Origin: an uncultured Candidatus Poseidoniales archaeon
GTDB taxonomy: Archaea; Thermoplasmatota; Poseidoniia; Poseidoniales; Thalassarchaeaceae
Assembly: GCA_963990035.1 (NCBI GenBank)
Contig: CAXDMJ010000001.1
Location: 10,622 to 74,621 of the forward strand
Length of the DNA stretch: 64,000 nucleotides
Reading direction: 5' to 3'
Shown: in pieces, positions 56,007-64,000 of the stretch
Numbering within the stretch: the stretch's first letter is position 1
Layout: every line of letters begins with the position of its first letter
Translations under genes and position numbers: made by a program
The notes under the pieces: generated by a model
Database searches by the model: none
The model's input: only the letters and a program-made list of their open reading frames with translations
What the model was told of the DNA's origin: nothing

Positions 56007-58880
56007 TTAAAAATCAAGTAATTTTCTTGCTGCATTAAGAGCATCAGGTATTCCATCAGGATTAGAGCCACCACCTTGGGCAAAAGTTGGTCTTCCGCCA
56101 CCTCCACCATTGATATGAGAAGATATGGAATTAAGTATTTCTACCGAATTATACATCTCTGATGCTTTTGTATTCTCAGTTGTAGCTACAATAATTTTCC
56201 CACCACCATCGCGACTTCCTATAATTGCTAAAGTAGGCTTAGATTCATCCCTAGTCAACTCTGAGAGCATTTTCATAAGCTGTTTTGAATCGCCAGATGA
56301 CTCCATAATGACATATCTGACCCCATCCCTCTCTAATGCTTCATCACTGCCACCACTTGTTCTCAGCCTAACGATTTCAGCTTCTAAATTTGAGATGACT
56401 TTTTGCTGAGATTTCCATTCTTCAAAGAACTTTAAGACTGCACGAGGAAGATCATCTGTTTGAACACCGAGTATATCAGATGCTTCACTAAGAATTCGCT
56501 CTTGTTGCCTTGCGTGCTCACGCGCCGTATCACCTGCCACGATTTGCAGACGCTCTACCCCGTCTTGGACTTGACTGGACCTAACTATCCTTATTTCGCC
56601 AACTTCCCCAGCTTGGTCGTGATGCGTACCACCACATGCCTGAGTATCAAAATCTCCTATTTTGATTATGCGAATTAAATCATGCTTAGGGGGGCCACCT
56701 TGATATATATCAAAACCGAACTTGGAATCGGCATCGGCCCTACTAAGAATAATTTTTTCAATTACAGGATTAGAAAGAACTATCTCATTTGCTTCATCTT
56801 CTATTATGTCAAGTAACTCTCGAGACATTCTAGAATGATGAGTTAAATCAATACGAGCATATTTCTGACCTTTATTAGAACCGGCTTGACGTATATGTGG
56901 GCCTAGAATTTTTCTAGCAGCACCCCCGACAATATGTACAGCAGTGTGATGATCCATTAATTGTCTTCGACGTAGAATATTGACCTCTGCATTAATGTGT
57001 CCGATAGTTAATTCACCATTTGTAAAATGAATAATAACATCTTTTTCAATTTTTGTATCAAGAACCTTAGTTTTAGTACCAGAATCAGATATAAATAAAC
57101 CTTGATCACCAAGTTGGCCACCACCCTCAGGATAGAATAATGTTCGATCTAGAACTATCAAATGAGTAGGTTTCTCTAACACCTCACTAGAGAATGATAA
57201 GGATGAATATTGTTCATTAGATATCTCTGTACAATACAACACTTGAGCATTGAAATTAGTTTTACTTGTATCTAAATAGTAATCCATAGAGGTTTTTTCT
57301 AAATTAACAGAAAGAATTGTATTTTCAACCTTTATTTTAGCAGCATCTTTTGTTAATTTCGCATTTCTGTCTGCCATATCTGCAGAGAATCCAACTCTAA
57401 CGGAAAGATTCTTCCAACCCATTTGGTGAGATATAGATATAGCCATATCTGGATTAATTCCTCTTTCTTCAGATAATCGAAATAGAATTGAGTCTGGAAC
57501 TTCTAACGAGTCTTTAGAAATCCCTTGAAATGCAGTTCTAACAGCAGATTCCCCTTTCCTTAACATCTCATGATACCGAGATTCTTCTAAATCAAGTAGA
57601 GTCAATATTCCTTCTTCTGTTTGTATAAACTTACTCATATCTAAATTTGTTTCCATATGATGTTTCCCTAAATCAAACAGAGTGACATCTAGATTTAAAT
57701 CTGATTTCATTCGGCATACTCTCCTAGCAAGCATCCTAGCCAAGTACCCCGATTTCGTATTACTCGGTACTAATCCATCACCTAGCATATTACATAATGC
57801 ATGCATATGGTCAGGTATTGCATAGATTGCAGAAAGTGGCTCAGTTAGACGTTTTAATTCGGATACGGAGATATTAATGTTTAATTCATGTAATCTTTCA
57901 ATCAATTTTGTATATAGAGATTCGACATCAGTGCCGACATCAATATTTAGTATACCTGCTAAACGGGATAATTCAGATAATAAAGCAGATGTATCTACAT
58001 CTAAACATAAATCATCAACCATTGATTCGAAACCTATTGTTTCTTTCAACCAAGATACTGATTCAGGATAAATCGCTTCATAGATTGTTGGGGTTCCTGC
58101 TGCTGCCCAACAAAATCTTTCTAGACCATAACCTGTATCAATAATCTGTAAATCCATTTCACGATAACTAAGTCCTTTGATAAGAACATCACCATCTTCA
58201 TGCTCTTCTAAATTCATAAATACTAGAGTAGCCAGTTCTAAACCTCCAACAATTACCTCAAGTGCGGCTCCTGCATTACCTCCACCTGACCAAGGATTTT
58301 CAACATAAGTAATTTCCATTGGATTTATTCCAAATGTATTTACTAACATATCATCACAGTAGCATACACACTGATTAATCCAATATATCACATCTCCATC
58401 ATTAGGTCGATTAAAAGCGTGATGTGCCATCATTTCAAAAGTTGTTAAATGCCTTCCAGAACGACCTACTGCTGCTACATCTGTTAATCTAATACAAGGC
58501 TGAGAAATACATAAAGGATTAGCAGGGGGAGGCACTTTCCCACTTGTGACATGAGGTTGGAAATCCGCAATACTAGCTATTGTCAAATGGATATCATCTC
58601 TCCATCTAGCAATTACAGGATAAGGCTGAATTTCCGTATGATTATTACTTGAAAAATAATTAAGAAAGGATTTTCTCATTGCATCTTTCAAACTCTTCCC
58701 TCTCATAGGGAATCCATCGATTATAGGTGTTCCAATGAAAGTATAAGGATCTTCATGTGTATCGCCGGAAGTTGTCCTCGAGGTATCACGAGTCCAGAAG
58801 TACAATCCAGTTACAGTACATGTCCTACGGATATGGCCTGAATCTTCCCAAAATGGGATATGAACCTCACCAAACGCCAT
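56007..58880 (-). CDS. alaS: Alanine--tRNA ligase, archaeal type
   Basis: It has a class-II core, the editing-domain 'HTAVHIV...' and 'CGGTHH' zinc motifs, and a C-terminal DHHA1-like 'GGGGGRPTFAQGGG'. The track start at 58889 is GTG. An ATG is at 58880. Confidence 0.92.
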   Translation of the reverse strand: MAFGEVHIPFWEDSGHIRRTCTVTGLYFWTRDTSRTTSGDTHEDPYTFIGTPIIDGFPMRGKSLKDAMRKSFLNYFSSNNHTEIQPYPVIARWRDDIHLTIASIADFQPHVTSGKVPPPANPLCISQPCIRLTDVAAVGRSGRHLTTFEMMAHHAFNRPNDGDVIYWINQCVCYCDDMLVNTFGINPMEITYVENPWSGGGNAGAALEVIVGGLELATLVFMNLEEHEDGDVLIKGLSYREMDLQIIDTGYGLERFCWAAAGTPTIYEAIYPESVSWLKETIGFESMVDDLCLDVDTSALLSELSRLAGILNIDVGTDVESLYTKLIERLHELNINISVSELKRLTEPLSAIYAIPDHMHALCNMLGDGLVPSNTKSGYLARMLARRVCRMKSDLNLDVTLFDLGKHHMETNLDMSKFIQTEEGILTLLDLEESRYHEMLRKGESAVRTAFQGISKDSLEVPDSILFRLSEERGINPDMAISISHQMGWKNLSVRVGFSADMADRNAKLTKDAAKIKVENTILSVNLEKTSMDYYLDTSKTNFNAQVLYCTEISNEQYSSLSFSSEVLEKPTHLIVLDRTLFYPEGGGQLGDQGLFISDSGTKTKVLDTKIEKDVIIHFTNGELTIGHINAEVNILRRRQLMDHHTAVHIVGGAARKILGPHIRQAGSNKGQKYARIDLTHHSRMSRELLDIIEDEANEIVLSNPVIEKIILSRADADSKFGFDIYQGGPPKHDLIRIIKIGDFDTQACGGTHHDQAGEVGEIRIVRSSQVQDGVERLQIVAGDTAREHARQQERILSEASDILGVQTDDLPRAVLKFFEEWKSQQKVISNLEAEIVRLRTSGGSDEALERDGVRYVIMESSGDSKQLMKMLSELTRDESKPTLAIIGSRDGGGKIIVATTENTKASEMYNSVEILNSISSHINGGGGGRPTFAQGGGSNPDGIPDALNAARKLLDF

Positions 58881-58984
58881 CTCATGCACAACCTTACGTG
58901 CCCCGGAATGGTTGAAGTATCTTGAATGCGATTGTTGAAAGTCCTGTCCGACTTATTGAAATGTATTGGTGAATACGGTCAACT

Positions 58985-60457
58985 ATGTCTGCAGTATGGA
59001 GAGAACATCTGCAATCTGATGGCCCAGGAAGAATTCGTATACGTAAACATGGTTCAATGAAGACTGATGCAATATTAGTTGCAGATCCAAGTCATCTAGG
59101 AGAACACGCAGATGATCGTTCACCAAGCCAATTAGTGAATACTGCCTCATTAGATGGAATTGTGGGGAATGCATGGGCTATGGCTGACTGGCATTTCGGA
59201 TATGGTTTCCCTATAGGTGGAGTTGTCGCTACAGATGTAAATTCAGGTAGCCAAGGAGGTGCAATCTCACCAGGAGGAGTTGGATTCGATATTAATTGTG
59301 GAGTTAGATTATGTGCTTTGGATGTAGAATTTAAAGATATTAATGCTAAAAGACTCGCTAAAAGACTCGCGGAATTAATACCAGCAGGGGCTACTAGTAA
59401 AGGAGGAGTAATATTAGACTCAACAAAAATTGACCATATACTTTCAGAAGGTGCCAATGCTGCAATTGATATGGGCTGGGGCGAAACAAGAGATTTATCA
59501 GCAATAGAATCTAATGGGAAATTAGACACATATGAAAGAGACATCGGTGAAAGAGCAATCAAGAGAGGAAGTAAATCACTAGGCACTCTAGGATCAGGAA
59601 ATCATTTCTTAGAATTGCAAGTTGTAGATACAATAGTTGATGAAAAAGCCGCTAAAGCCTTCGGAATACGTAAAGGCCAAGTAACTGCAATGATACATAC
59701 TGGATCTAGAGGCCTAGGTCACCAAGTTTGTTCGGATCATGTTTCAAAAATTGAACAAAATTATTCTAAGAAGGATGGCAGTTGGTATGCTGAAAAATGG
59801 GATATGACCATTGCAGACAGACAGCTTGCGTCTGCACCTATTTTTAGTAAAGAAGGGAAAGAATATTTTGATTCAATGTCGGCCGCAGGTAACTTTGCAT
59901 TCGCTAATCGGTCGGCACTAACACAAAGACTTAGAAATTCATTAAGAGAAGAAATTGGTGTAGATAGTGACTTGGAAGTCATCTATGATGTAAGCCATAA
60001 TATTGCTAAAATTGAAGATCATAAAGTACATGGCGTATCATGTAAATGTTGTGTGCATAGAAAGGGAGCAACTAGAGCACTTGGAGGTGACCATCCAGAA
60101 CTTGCATCAAGATTCTCAGGCATCGGACAACCTGTACTTGTACCTGGAGACATGGGTACCGCATCATGGATATTAGCAGGGCCGAAAAGTGGAGGGAATG
60201 ATGCATTTTCATCATCCTGTCATGGAGCTGGAAGAAGATTATCAAGAACAGCTGCAAGAGAACAGATTAATTCCGATGAACTAAGAAAACAGCTTGAAGA
60301 AGCTGGTATAAATGTGCATACTAAGACTCCAAACGTTCTTTCAGAAGAAGCCCCTGATGCCTACAAAAACGTAGACGAAGTAATCAGACTAACAAATGAA
60401 GCAAGATTAGCAAGACCAGTGGCTAGAATGAAACCATTCGCCGTGATCAAAGGATAA
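58985..60457 (+). CDS. rtcB: RNA-splicing ligase RtcB
   Basis: It has 'GGVGFDINCGVRL', 'GSGNHFLE', 'HTGSRGLGHQV' and 'SSCHGAGR', and is 490 aa. Confidence 0.93.
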   Translation: MSAVWREHLQSDGPGRIRIRKHGSMKTDAILVADPSHLGEHADDRSPSQLVNTASLDGIVGNAWAMADWHFGYGFPIGGVVATDVNSGSQGGAISPGGVGFDINCGVRLCALDVEFKDINAKRLAKRLAELIPAGATSKGGVILDSTKIDHILSEGANAAIDMGWGETRDLSAIESNGKLDTYERDIGERAIKRGSKSLGTLGSGNHFLELQVVDTIVDEKAAKAFGIRKGQVTAMIHTGSRGLGHQVCSDHVSKIEQNYSKKDGSWYAEKWDMTIADRQLASAPIFSKEGKEYFDSMSAAGNFAFANRSALTQRLRNSLREEIGVDSDLEVIYDVSHNIAKIEDHKVHGVSCKCCVHRKGATRALGGDHPELASRFSGIGQPVLVPGDMGTASWILAGPKSGGNDAFSSSCHGAGRRLSRTAAREQINSDELRKQLEEAGINVHTKTPNVLSEEAPDAYKNVDEVIRLTNEARLARPVARMKPFAVIKG

Positions 60458-60973
60458 TTATTTTTGGCTATAATAAATCTCTATATTATCATTATTTGAC
60501 ATAATATAGTTTTCAAATTCCTCATTAATATCGCCATTGACATACATGACAATTTCATAATTTGAATCAGCAACATTATCTAATATCTGATTTGAATTAA
60601 ATACTTCACCCCAGATGTTGAAGAAAGCACCAACAGGAGCGTCTATTTCACTTGGTGTTTCAATATGTAATCGACCAGTATCATCATGCGTATGTATACC
60701 TCTCATACCATCAGGACAAAAATCATCTGCAATACCAATATTCTGAGAAAGAGACACTTCACTACCATCAATAAATATAGCTAAGTTGCTATGAATGTGA
60801 CTTATATCGCTTGAATGACTACCAAGACAAGTTTCTTCAATCATCCAAGATTCATTTTCGATCAAGTCAGTATTATCAGTTGCAATTATGATTACTAATG
60901 CAATAGTTGAAAATATAGCTGCCCCATACATGATTTTCTCTAAATCCATATTGAATCCGAGAAAGGTAGGCAT
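60458..60973 (-). CDS. N-terminally anchored extracytoplasmic protein with His-rich motifs (hypothetical)
   Basis: The TM helix is 'GAAIFSTIALVIIIA'. The motifs are 'HSSDISHIHSNLAIFIDG' and 'GMRGIHTHDDTGRLHIE', followed by 'FFNIWG'. Alternative ATG starts lie at 60949 and 60931. Confidence 0.45.
   Translation of the reverse strand: MPTFLGFNMDLEKIMYGAAIFSTIALVIIIATDNTDLIENESWMIEETCLGSHSSDISHIHSNLAIFIDGSEVSLSQNIGIADDFCPDGMRGIHTHDDTGRLHIETPSEIDAPVGAFFNIWGEVFNSNQILDNVADSNYEIVMYVNGDINEEFENYIMSNNDNIEIYYSQK
60461..60465 (+). terminator. Candidate archaeal oligo-T terminator for rtcB, embedded in the 3' end of the opposing ORF
   Basis: A T5 run lies 4 nt after the rtcB stop (taattaTTTTTgg). This is a sequence-only suggestion. 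Confidence 0.2.
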
Positions 60974-61001
60974 CTTGAACTATGAGGTCCTAGCCATAGG
61001 C

Positions 61002-61628
61002 ATGGTATCATTCGGTGAAAAGCCTAAATACTGGGATTTAGCTAAAAAAGTACTTTCAGAAAATGATGCCAAAATTGCACAAATTATTGAAGAATATCAA
61101 GATTTAGAATTAGTCTCACGAGGAGATTTGTTTTTCACCTTAATTAGATCAATAATAGGTCAACAAATATCAGTTAAGGCAGCGTCGACTGTATGGACAA
61201 GACTCAGTGAGAAAGTAGGTGAAATAACTCCTGAGAATATTTTATCAAAAGAACCCGAAGAGTTGAGAAGTTGTGGTTTATCTCAGAGAAAAGTAGAATA
61301 TGTCATCGGAATTGCGTCATCATGGAATAAATTTTCACATCATGAATGGGATCAAATGAATGATGAAGATATAATAAATAAATTAATTCAACTCAGAGGA
61401 GTTGGGAGATGGACTGCGGAAATGATCTTAATCTTCACACTGTTACGCCCAGATGTTTTTCCTATAGGAGATATAGGGATGATTAGAGGTATAGAAAAAA
61501 TCTACAATTCTGGTGAAAAAATGACTACGGAAGAGATATACAAATTATCTGATAAATGGAGACCATGGAGAACTGTAGCTTGTTGCTATATGTGGCGTAC
61601 AGTTGATCCAGAACAAGTCGAATATTAA
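61002..61628 (+). CDS. alkA: HhH-GPD DNA glycosylase (AlkA-like 3-methyladenine DNA glycosylase II)
   Basis: 'LIQLRGVGRWTAEMILIFTLLRPDVFPIGDIGMIRG' contains the helix-hairpin-helix, the Gly/Pro loop and the catalytic Asp. The track ORF start at 60888 overlaps the divergent gene. I prefer ATG 61002. Confidence 0.75.
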   Translation: MVSFGEKPKYWDLAKKVLSENDAKIAQIIEEYQDLELVSRGDLFFTLIRSIIGQQISVKAASTVWTRLSEKVGEITPENILSKEPEELRSCGLSQRKVEYVIGIASSWNKFSHHEWDQMNDEDIINKLIQLRGVGRWTAEMILIFTLLRPDVFPIGDIGMIRGIEKIYNSGEKMTTEEIYKLSDKWRPWRTVACCYMWRTVDPEQVEY

Positions 61629-61814
61629 TTACATACAGTAACCACGACGTGGTTGATTAGGGATTGTAGGAGCGGCACCTGATTGCACACCATCAGCTTC
61701 TTCCATTATTACCGTTAGTAATGTATTAACCAATACTTTCAGATCTTCAACCTCATTTTTTAGTTCTTCAACTGTAATCGCTTCGCTATTTGTATTCATC
61801 CCAATCCCATCCAA
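61629..61814 (-). CDS. Small hypothetical protein (61 aa, predicted helical/coiled-coil)
   Basis: This is ORF-only evidence. 'ITVEELKNEVEDLKVLVNTLLTVIMEE' has a heptad-like pattern. Confidence 0.3.
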   Translation of the reverse strand: MDGIGMNTNSEAITVEELKNEVEDLKVLVNTLLTVIMEEADGVQSGAAPTIPNQPRRGYCM

Positions 61815-61931
61815 GGAATTACTTCCTCAAATACAACTTCGTTGCTAAATAGCCTATAAAGACAAATGGTAAATAACGGTAGAAGATGGTAATTAGAAGG
61901 GGGTTGAACATTCCCCAACTAATAGATAAAA

Positions 61932-64000
61932 CTACTCTTCAGGTTCATATTCGCCTTCAGATTCCCAATCTTCTTGTTCGTATTCCTCATCATCATCATC
62001 GTAATAATAATCATCTTCTCCTCGACTTCTCATTACAAGGATTGCAACAACTGCTACGGCAATTACTGCTACACCTATTACCATGTATAACGCATTATCA
62101 GACTCTTGTTCAATTGGTATCGGTTCTACATAAATACCAGTTATATCTATATTCATACCATTCGAGTTTTGCCAATCCATCTCACCAGTTTCGGGGTCTT
62201 CCCAAACTAAAACAAGTATAGGAGATCCTTCTTCTCTAGATTCCCACTGGAAGGTCGCTGCAACACTAGATGATTGAGCACTAAGACTGATCTCAGTAGC
62301 TCCTTCAGCGAATGTAGTCTGTGCCGGAGTCCAAGTACCACCATCATTTAATTCGTATAAACCAACTGTAATACTACCATCTCTCTTACCATCATTCTCC
62401 CAGAATGTTTGGAGAGTTAGCATCTCACCTGCCGTAGGTGTAGTTGTAGGGTTAATTACCACACGTGTATACTCTGGATTAAATTCCATTATTCTTAATG
62501 TAGGCATCCTTGGTGCTGACTCGCTACCAAGGCCTGTGACTTTATTTCCAGCCTTATCAGTAGAAGTTACCCAAAATGCAATTTGGTCGCCTTGTTCAAT
62601 AGCCATACCATTCATAGGTGTAAGATCTAGACGACTTTGGTAAATATCTCTCGAATCACCCTCATCTATCATTATTAATTGGCCAGTATTTTCAGAACCA
62701 GCAACTGCGGCACCTGATCTTAGTACTACCCAAGAAACATCTAGTGGACCATCAATCATACCAATCTCATCAACCATTGTAATAGTTACAAGTACATCAT
62801 TAATCAAATCTGACTCTAAGAGTACTAAAGAGGAATCAGGATATGTTGATTGATCGAATAACACAGATGGAGATTTTGTATCTACAGTCACGGTTGCATC
62901 TGAGTTAATACCTGAAACACCTGAACCTGGCATATTCAATACCTCAGTAGATACTGCCATAGTCGGGTTTAATGGCACTCGTGAAGGTAAAATCATCGAA
63001 GTATCAAAACTTCCATCTTCATTGACATCAGTTGCTACCTGAATTTCTTGAGTGCCATAAATTACAGTATATTCAACTTTTAGATCTTCAGGTATATCAA
63101 TAGCAACAATTCCTGAGCCAGAATAATATACCAGTCCAGACATTCTAAACTCATCTCCTTGCCCTAAATAGACAGATACTCCTGCAGAAGAAGCCTGAGG
63201 AGGCGTCATATCCTCAATTTCATCAGGTATTGCAATATATTTATTATCGAGATACCAAGATAGTTCTCCAATATTATTTTGATAAGCCACTGTTGTAAAA
63301 TCATCAATTATTGACACACTAGGTTTACAAGAGTTCTGACCCTCTTCCCAAGGGAAATCCCAAGAGACTTCAAATAATAATGACAACTCAATAATATCTT
63401 GATTTTGTGTTGTTTGAACCGATATAGGTGTCACAAAACTAGTGGTATCATCAGACCATAATGTACCTCTTGAAGCATCATAACTCATCTTACCAAGTTC
63501 AGTAATTCCATCACCACATAACATGATTGAAATATTATCCAATGTATTCAAACCGTTAGCCTCTTCAATTTGCATGGTAAAAATATGTTGTTTACCTGGA
63601 AGTAAGAATCCTAAATCACGGTCTAGAGAATATCCTGCAGACTTGATACTTGTAGGTTCATCTGTTGCAACAACGACAGTAGCCCAAGAATTAGAAGCAC
63701 CAGGTCCACCACCTGTTCCTCCCTCTTGATAAGTAAGTCCTGCCCAGTCAGTACCTTCTAAGTATAAATGAACTGGAGAGTTAAACGATTGTTGAGAAAC
63801 ATCTATTCCAATGAAATTAACTTGTTGTTGACCAGTCATCCCGGATGTTAAGGGCATGAATACTGATAGATACTCATCCTCGTCAGCAATGCCATCATCA
63901 TTGATATCATCGACTGAACCTCTCCAATAGTTAAGAGTTAAAAGTTCACCTCTAGATTCAGCTTCGTCGACAGTAACATACAGAGAAAGAGGCGTGTTAG
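61932..64000 (-). CDS. Large type-I surface protein, C-terminal part (ORF continues past right edge): beta-sandwich modules, TM anchor, acidic Tyr/Trp-rich tail
   Basis: I translated the rc of 63858-64000 in frame (NTPLSLYVTVDEAESRGELLTLNYWRGSVDDINDDGIADEDEYLSVF-MPLTSG...) and found no stop, so the ATG at 63857 is internal. The TM helix is 'LYMVIGVAVIAVAVVAILVM' and the tail is 'RSRGEDDYYYDDDDEEYEQEDWESEGEYEPEE'. Confidence 0.6.
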   Translation of the reverse strand, partial: NTPLSLYVTVDEAESRGELLTLNYWRGSVDDINDDGIADEDEYLSVFMPLTSGMTGQQQVNFIGIDVSQQSFNSPVHLYLEGTDWAGLTYQEGGTGGGPGASNSWATVVVATDEPTSIKSAGYSLDRDLGFLLPGKQHIFTMQIEEANGLNTLDNISIMLCGDGITELGKMSYDASRGTLWSDDTTSFVTPISVQTTQNQDIIELSLLFEVSWDFPWEEGQNSCKPSVSIIDDFTTVAYQNNIGELSWYLDNKYIAIPDEIEDMTPPQASSAGVSVYLGQGDEFRMSGLVYYSGSGIVAIDIPEDLKVEYTVIYGTQEIQVATDVNEDGSFDTSMILPSRVPLNPTMAVSTEVLNMPGSGVSGINSDATVTVDTKSPSVLFDQSTYPDSSLVLLESDLINDVLVTITMVDEIGMIDGPLDVSWVVLRSGAAVAGSENTGQLIMIDEGDSRDIYQSRLDLTPMNGMAIEQGDQIAFWVTSTDKAGNKVTGLGSESAPRMPTLRIMEFNPEYTRVVINPTTTPTAGEMLTLQTFWENDGKRDGSITVGLYELNDGGTWTPAQTTFAEGATEISLSAQSSSVAATFQWESREEGSPILVLVWEDPETGEMDWQNSNGMNIDITGIYVEPIPIEQESDNALYMVIGVAVIAVAVVAILVMRSRGEDDYYYDDDDEEYEQEDWESEGEYEPEE

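Noticed and set aside
59092-59586. A 164-aa minus-strand ORF lies inside rtcB.
   Set aside because: It is antisense to a gene with unmistakable RtcB motifs. Its P/S/L-rich low-complexity translation marks it as a shadow ORF.
61886-62221. A 111-aa H/L/Q-rich plus ORF.
   Set aside because: It is the antisense reading of the acidic tail and TM region of the partial surface-protein gene. Its composition is a mirror artefact.
1-64000. Mobile elements, prophage or an integrated island.
   Set aside because: No transposase, integrase, terminal inverted repeats, tRNA-adjacent att-like repeats or viral hallmark genes were recognised. Composition looks uniform by eye.

Overview
This is an AT-rich (about one-third G+C by eye, not computed), very gene-dense archaeal chromosomal segment. 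I see no rRNA, tRNA, CRISPR array, transposase or integrase. Archaeal-type housekeeping genes fix the domain: type-II GAPDH, PheRS beta, GluRS, RNase HII, ribosomal protein S15P/S13e, archaeosine synthase ArcS, CDP-archaeol synthase, AglB/STT3, AlaRS, RtcB and archease. The gene content and the many giant surface proteins fit an uncultivated marine planktonic Thermoplasmatota-like lineage (MG-II/MG-III style); that placement is inference only.

Nine large predicted envelope proteins are interleaved with the housekeeping genes. From the ORF coordinates they cover about 33 kb, roughly 52% of the window.

The best candidate for something new is the co-directional minus-strand block 28435-46050:
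- a 3163-aa AglB/STT3 oligosaccharyltransferase mega-fusion, with an extra N-terminal polytopic module, the STT3 core carrying WWDYG, about 2100 aa of beta-sandwich modules, and a C-terminal TM anchor
- an S8 subtilase whose annotated start overlaps it by 14 nt
- a 1400-aa beta-helix surface protein
- a wHTH-STAND(AAA)-TPR regulator

Other notable points:
- two paralogous thrombospondin-type-3 (TSP3) Ca-binding repeat giants, one with an embedded beta-propeller
- a pyroglutamyl-peptidase/Nudix fusion
- a GXGXG protein with a degenerate TIM-like tail
- a possibly inactivated DHH/RecJ-like gene downstream of S15
- seven of nine convergent gene junctions with stop codons exactly back-to-back and zero spacer, five of them the palindrome TAATTA

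All functional calls rest on motifs I recognise in the translations. No database search was possible.
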